DNA of 64,000 bases, taken from NCBI GenBank assembly GCA_016748015.1, contig JAAOMT010000681.1, forward strand, positions 71,605 through 135,604, written 5' to 3'. The notes beneath the pieces are model-generated. The model did not search any database. It had not been told where the DNA came from and was given only the letters and a program-made list of their open reading frames with translations. This document shows, piece after piece, positions 61,421 through 64,000 of the stretch. Position 1 is the first letter of the stretch; the number at the start of each line of letters is the position of its first letter. The stretch comes from Geosiphon pyriformis uo1. Its lineage: Eukaryota > Fungi > Glomeromycota. The translations under genes and the position numbers were made by a program.

Positions 61421-64000
61421 TATTATAGATAATAGATTTGGAGTTTGAAAACAAATAACAAACCTATAACTTAGTGCTCAATAGCTGATACATGTTAGTA
61501 ATTTTTGAAGGTTTTCATGATTTAAAAGTTTTTATATTTAAAGGTTTTTATTTGAGTTCTTTGTATAATTAACAGAGATTCAATAATTGTTTTTAATAGT
61601 CTTCTGAAATTATAATTTTGTCAAATTTTTTTCTCAATATGGTGGCCAAGTCTTTTACCAGTTTTTTTGATGTCAATAACTCTGTATGTTAATCTTTAAT
61701 CAATTAGTAAATAATAAACAAACAAAAAAAAAAAAGAAAAAAAATAAGCCAAAACAAGAAAAAGTTAGTATTCTGTCAATAGCTATAATTAAGAGCTATT
61801 GGTCTAATATAGTTAAGTATTAGCAATTATCAACATAAATTGTTGATAATAAAAAGATAGATTGCAATATTTTATAAGTATTTTATTGATATTTGATATT
61901 TTTACTTCAAGTTATAGAATACTATTATATGAAAAAATGAATCTAAAATTGAAACTGGAATTCTAAAACTAAGGAATCTGTCTTTTTTGCTTCTAATGCT
62001 ATCACTATATATATATAAATTTCATTGTATTCTTTAGCCAAAAATCCTGAAATTTCTCACATTAATTATTTTTTCTCTAATGTTGATTTTTTTTTGCTAA
62101 ACTATTCCTAGATGTTAACTGTACTATTGTAGTTACTGGAATTTTCAGTGCTATTTTTAGATTAATGCAAGTATATGAATGTGGTTTTAATTTGATAGCA
62201 TCTTTTCTTGAATATCTTAAATCAAATTTTGTATCAGTATCATGTATACATTCTGGCATAATATCTTTATTGTTATTGCTGAACCATTTAAGTTTCTGCT
62301 CTTCAAAAAGATCAAGAAGCATAATATATTGTTTTGAGTTTAAATTGGAATTTGAATTATCATTGTTGTTATTGCTATTTTGAACAGAGCTAAAGCTATT
62401 ATTATTATTATCATTATTAGAGTTTGAATTATGATCAAGTGGTAATTTTGATTTTGTTCTATAGTTGCTAATTAGTTCTTTCTCTTCTAGAATTGTGTAG
62501 ATTATGTGGGGTGGTGGATTGTAAATGAGATCAGAATTATTGTAATACTGAAAATTACATAGTATTAAAAAATAGTTACATAGTTAGGTGTTTAATTGTT
62601 CTAAATGTTGCTCTTGTTTTTGTCTGGTTGGTGCTAAATTCTGGTAATGTTTGTGGAATTCTTTTAGACCAGCTTCAATGTCAAGAAAAATGTTGAGAAT
62701 AAGAAAAGTTTCTACTGGTTCTGATAAGTTATTCTTAATCTCTAATATTTTACTGAACAATATATCTTTGACTTTGACACTTGCCATTCTTCAGATTTTG
62801 TTTTTATTGTGCAAGTAGCCATTTAAGTATGACAAAGCACAGTTCTATGCAGCATTAAAAGGCATTTTTTTGCTAATCCAATTGTTTATAAGGATTGTGT
62901 ATTAACACAAAGTGTTACATATTTTTTCTCAACCAAGAATGTTGTTCTATATTTTTTCATTGAGTAACTGTTTCTTACAAGCAAGACATAGTTTATTGCC
63001 TCATTTGTCTTGTTATTTGGTGTAACCATAGCATTTTCTGTGGCATGGCTTACAGTAATAATATGTGGATGTTCAGTAGTCTTTATTAAGTGTGATCTAT
63101 GCTTCTATGAAGGACAGTTTTTTTTTGCAGTTCTTGTATTTGAGTGAAATGTATAGAAGTTTTTTTCTTGTATCTACTAAGTATGATCTTTCTTATTTAC
63201 TAGTTATTTTTTCTGTAGTGGTGGTTTTTTCAGGTTTGTTTTCTTATTTTCTCTTTTTTTTGTTGTTTCAGTCTAAGAGTGGTAATAGTTCATTATGTTT
63301 TTTTTTGGCTCACAAAATTTGATAGGCTTTCCAGATAAGTTTTTTCTTTTTTTTCAAATTTGATTAGTAGTGATAGTTAAATAGCATTCATCTTAAAATA
63401 GCTGTAAGTGGCAGGTACCCAAATTTGTTAACCATTTTGATTAAGCTGGAGCTCTTGCATAGTCTAATTAAGAATGACATTGGTCTTAAACAGCTAGTCA
63501 TTACTAACTAATACTTAGTACTATATGGCTTCTATGATAAAAACCTTTATAAATGCAATAATACTGTTGACTTTAAACAGAAAGTCATCAATCTCACCAA
63601 TAAAAATTTTAGTCATTTTATCAGCTGTGATAATTCTGGTACTGGCAGCACAATCAACTTGGCAATTTAATTGATTCATGAATTATTATTTAATAATGCT
63701 GTCTGCTGACTCACTATTGAGGATTAGTTTAATAGACTGGTCATCAACTTTGACATTAGTGCATATTATAGTGATAGATTTGGTATTTAGAACAGCTCTA
63801 TTGAATAATGATGTTTCTAATGGAGTTTCTATTTTTAAAAAAAATATTGTGGTGAGAGATTCATTTTCTGTAATGATTGCAAGTGAAATGTTGTTGGTAA
63901 GTGTTTGTTTCTGATTAGTTTTTGGTTTGTTGAATTAGACATCTTTTGGAATAACCAAGAGACTTAAATAGTTCTGAAAATTTGGGTTTTGGTTATACTT
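61421..64000 (-). mobile_element. Gypsy element E6 (dUTPase family): partial 3' LTR 61421-~62060 fused to the dUTPase/Cys-rich/PR region; runs off the window
   Basis: LTR core similar to E4/E5; ORFs 62077-62322 (FDLRY, TSRNSLA) and 62584-62787; LILNSESADS protease at ~63700. Confidence 0.85.

Overview
Very AT-rich eukaryotic DNA that is almost entirely nested, C>T/G>A-decayed transposable elements around one CpG-rich spliced host gene. The gene content and TE proteins suggest Glomeromycotina, possibly Geosiphon pyriformis; this is an inference from recall, not a search. The window holds four two-LTR Ty3/Gypsy elements: E1 40-9911 (-), and the nest E3 19445-47130 (-) > E4 23189-43400 (+) > E5 26027-36265 (-). 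It also holds a truncated E6 (61421-end), a split host LTR and a solo LTR. Non-LTR content is one full-length decayed LINE with RNase H (11274-18113), other LINE relics and an ORF1-only (HAL1-like) derivative. A pogo-like TIR element carries Sel1-like repeats (49931-52618), and the host gene is a Crinkler-type REase-kinase (54990-56931). The most unusual signal is the Gypsy architecture. ORF1 (gag-PR-Cys-rich domain-dUTPase-RT-RNaseH; E3 lacks the dUTPase) stops at the same codon after RNase H in all four elements. Integrase follows as a separate cistron, then a conserved but fast-evolving non-Env ORF3. The U3 regions carry family-specific tandem arrays, and the 4-bp target duplications reconstruct to NCGG. 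Coordinates were read by eye, so boundaries of decayed relics are approximate.
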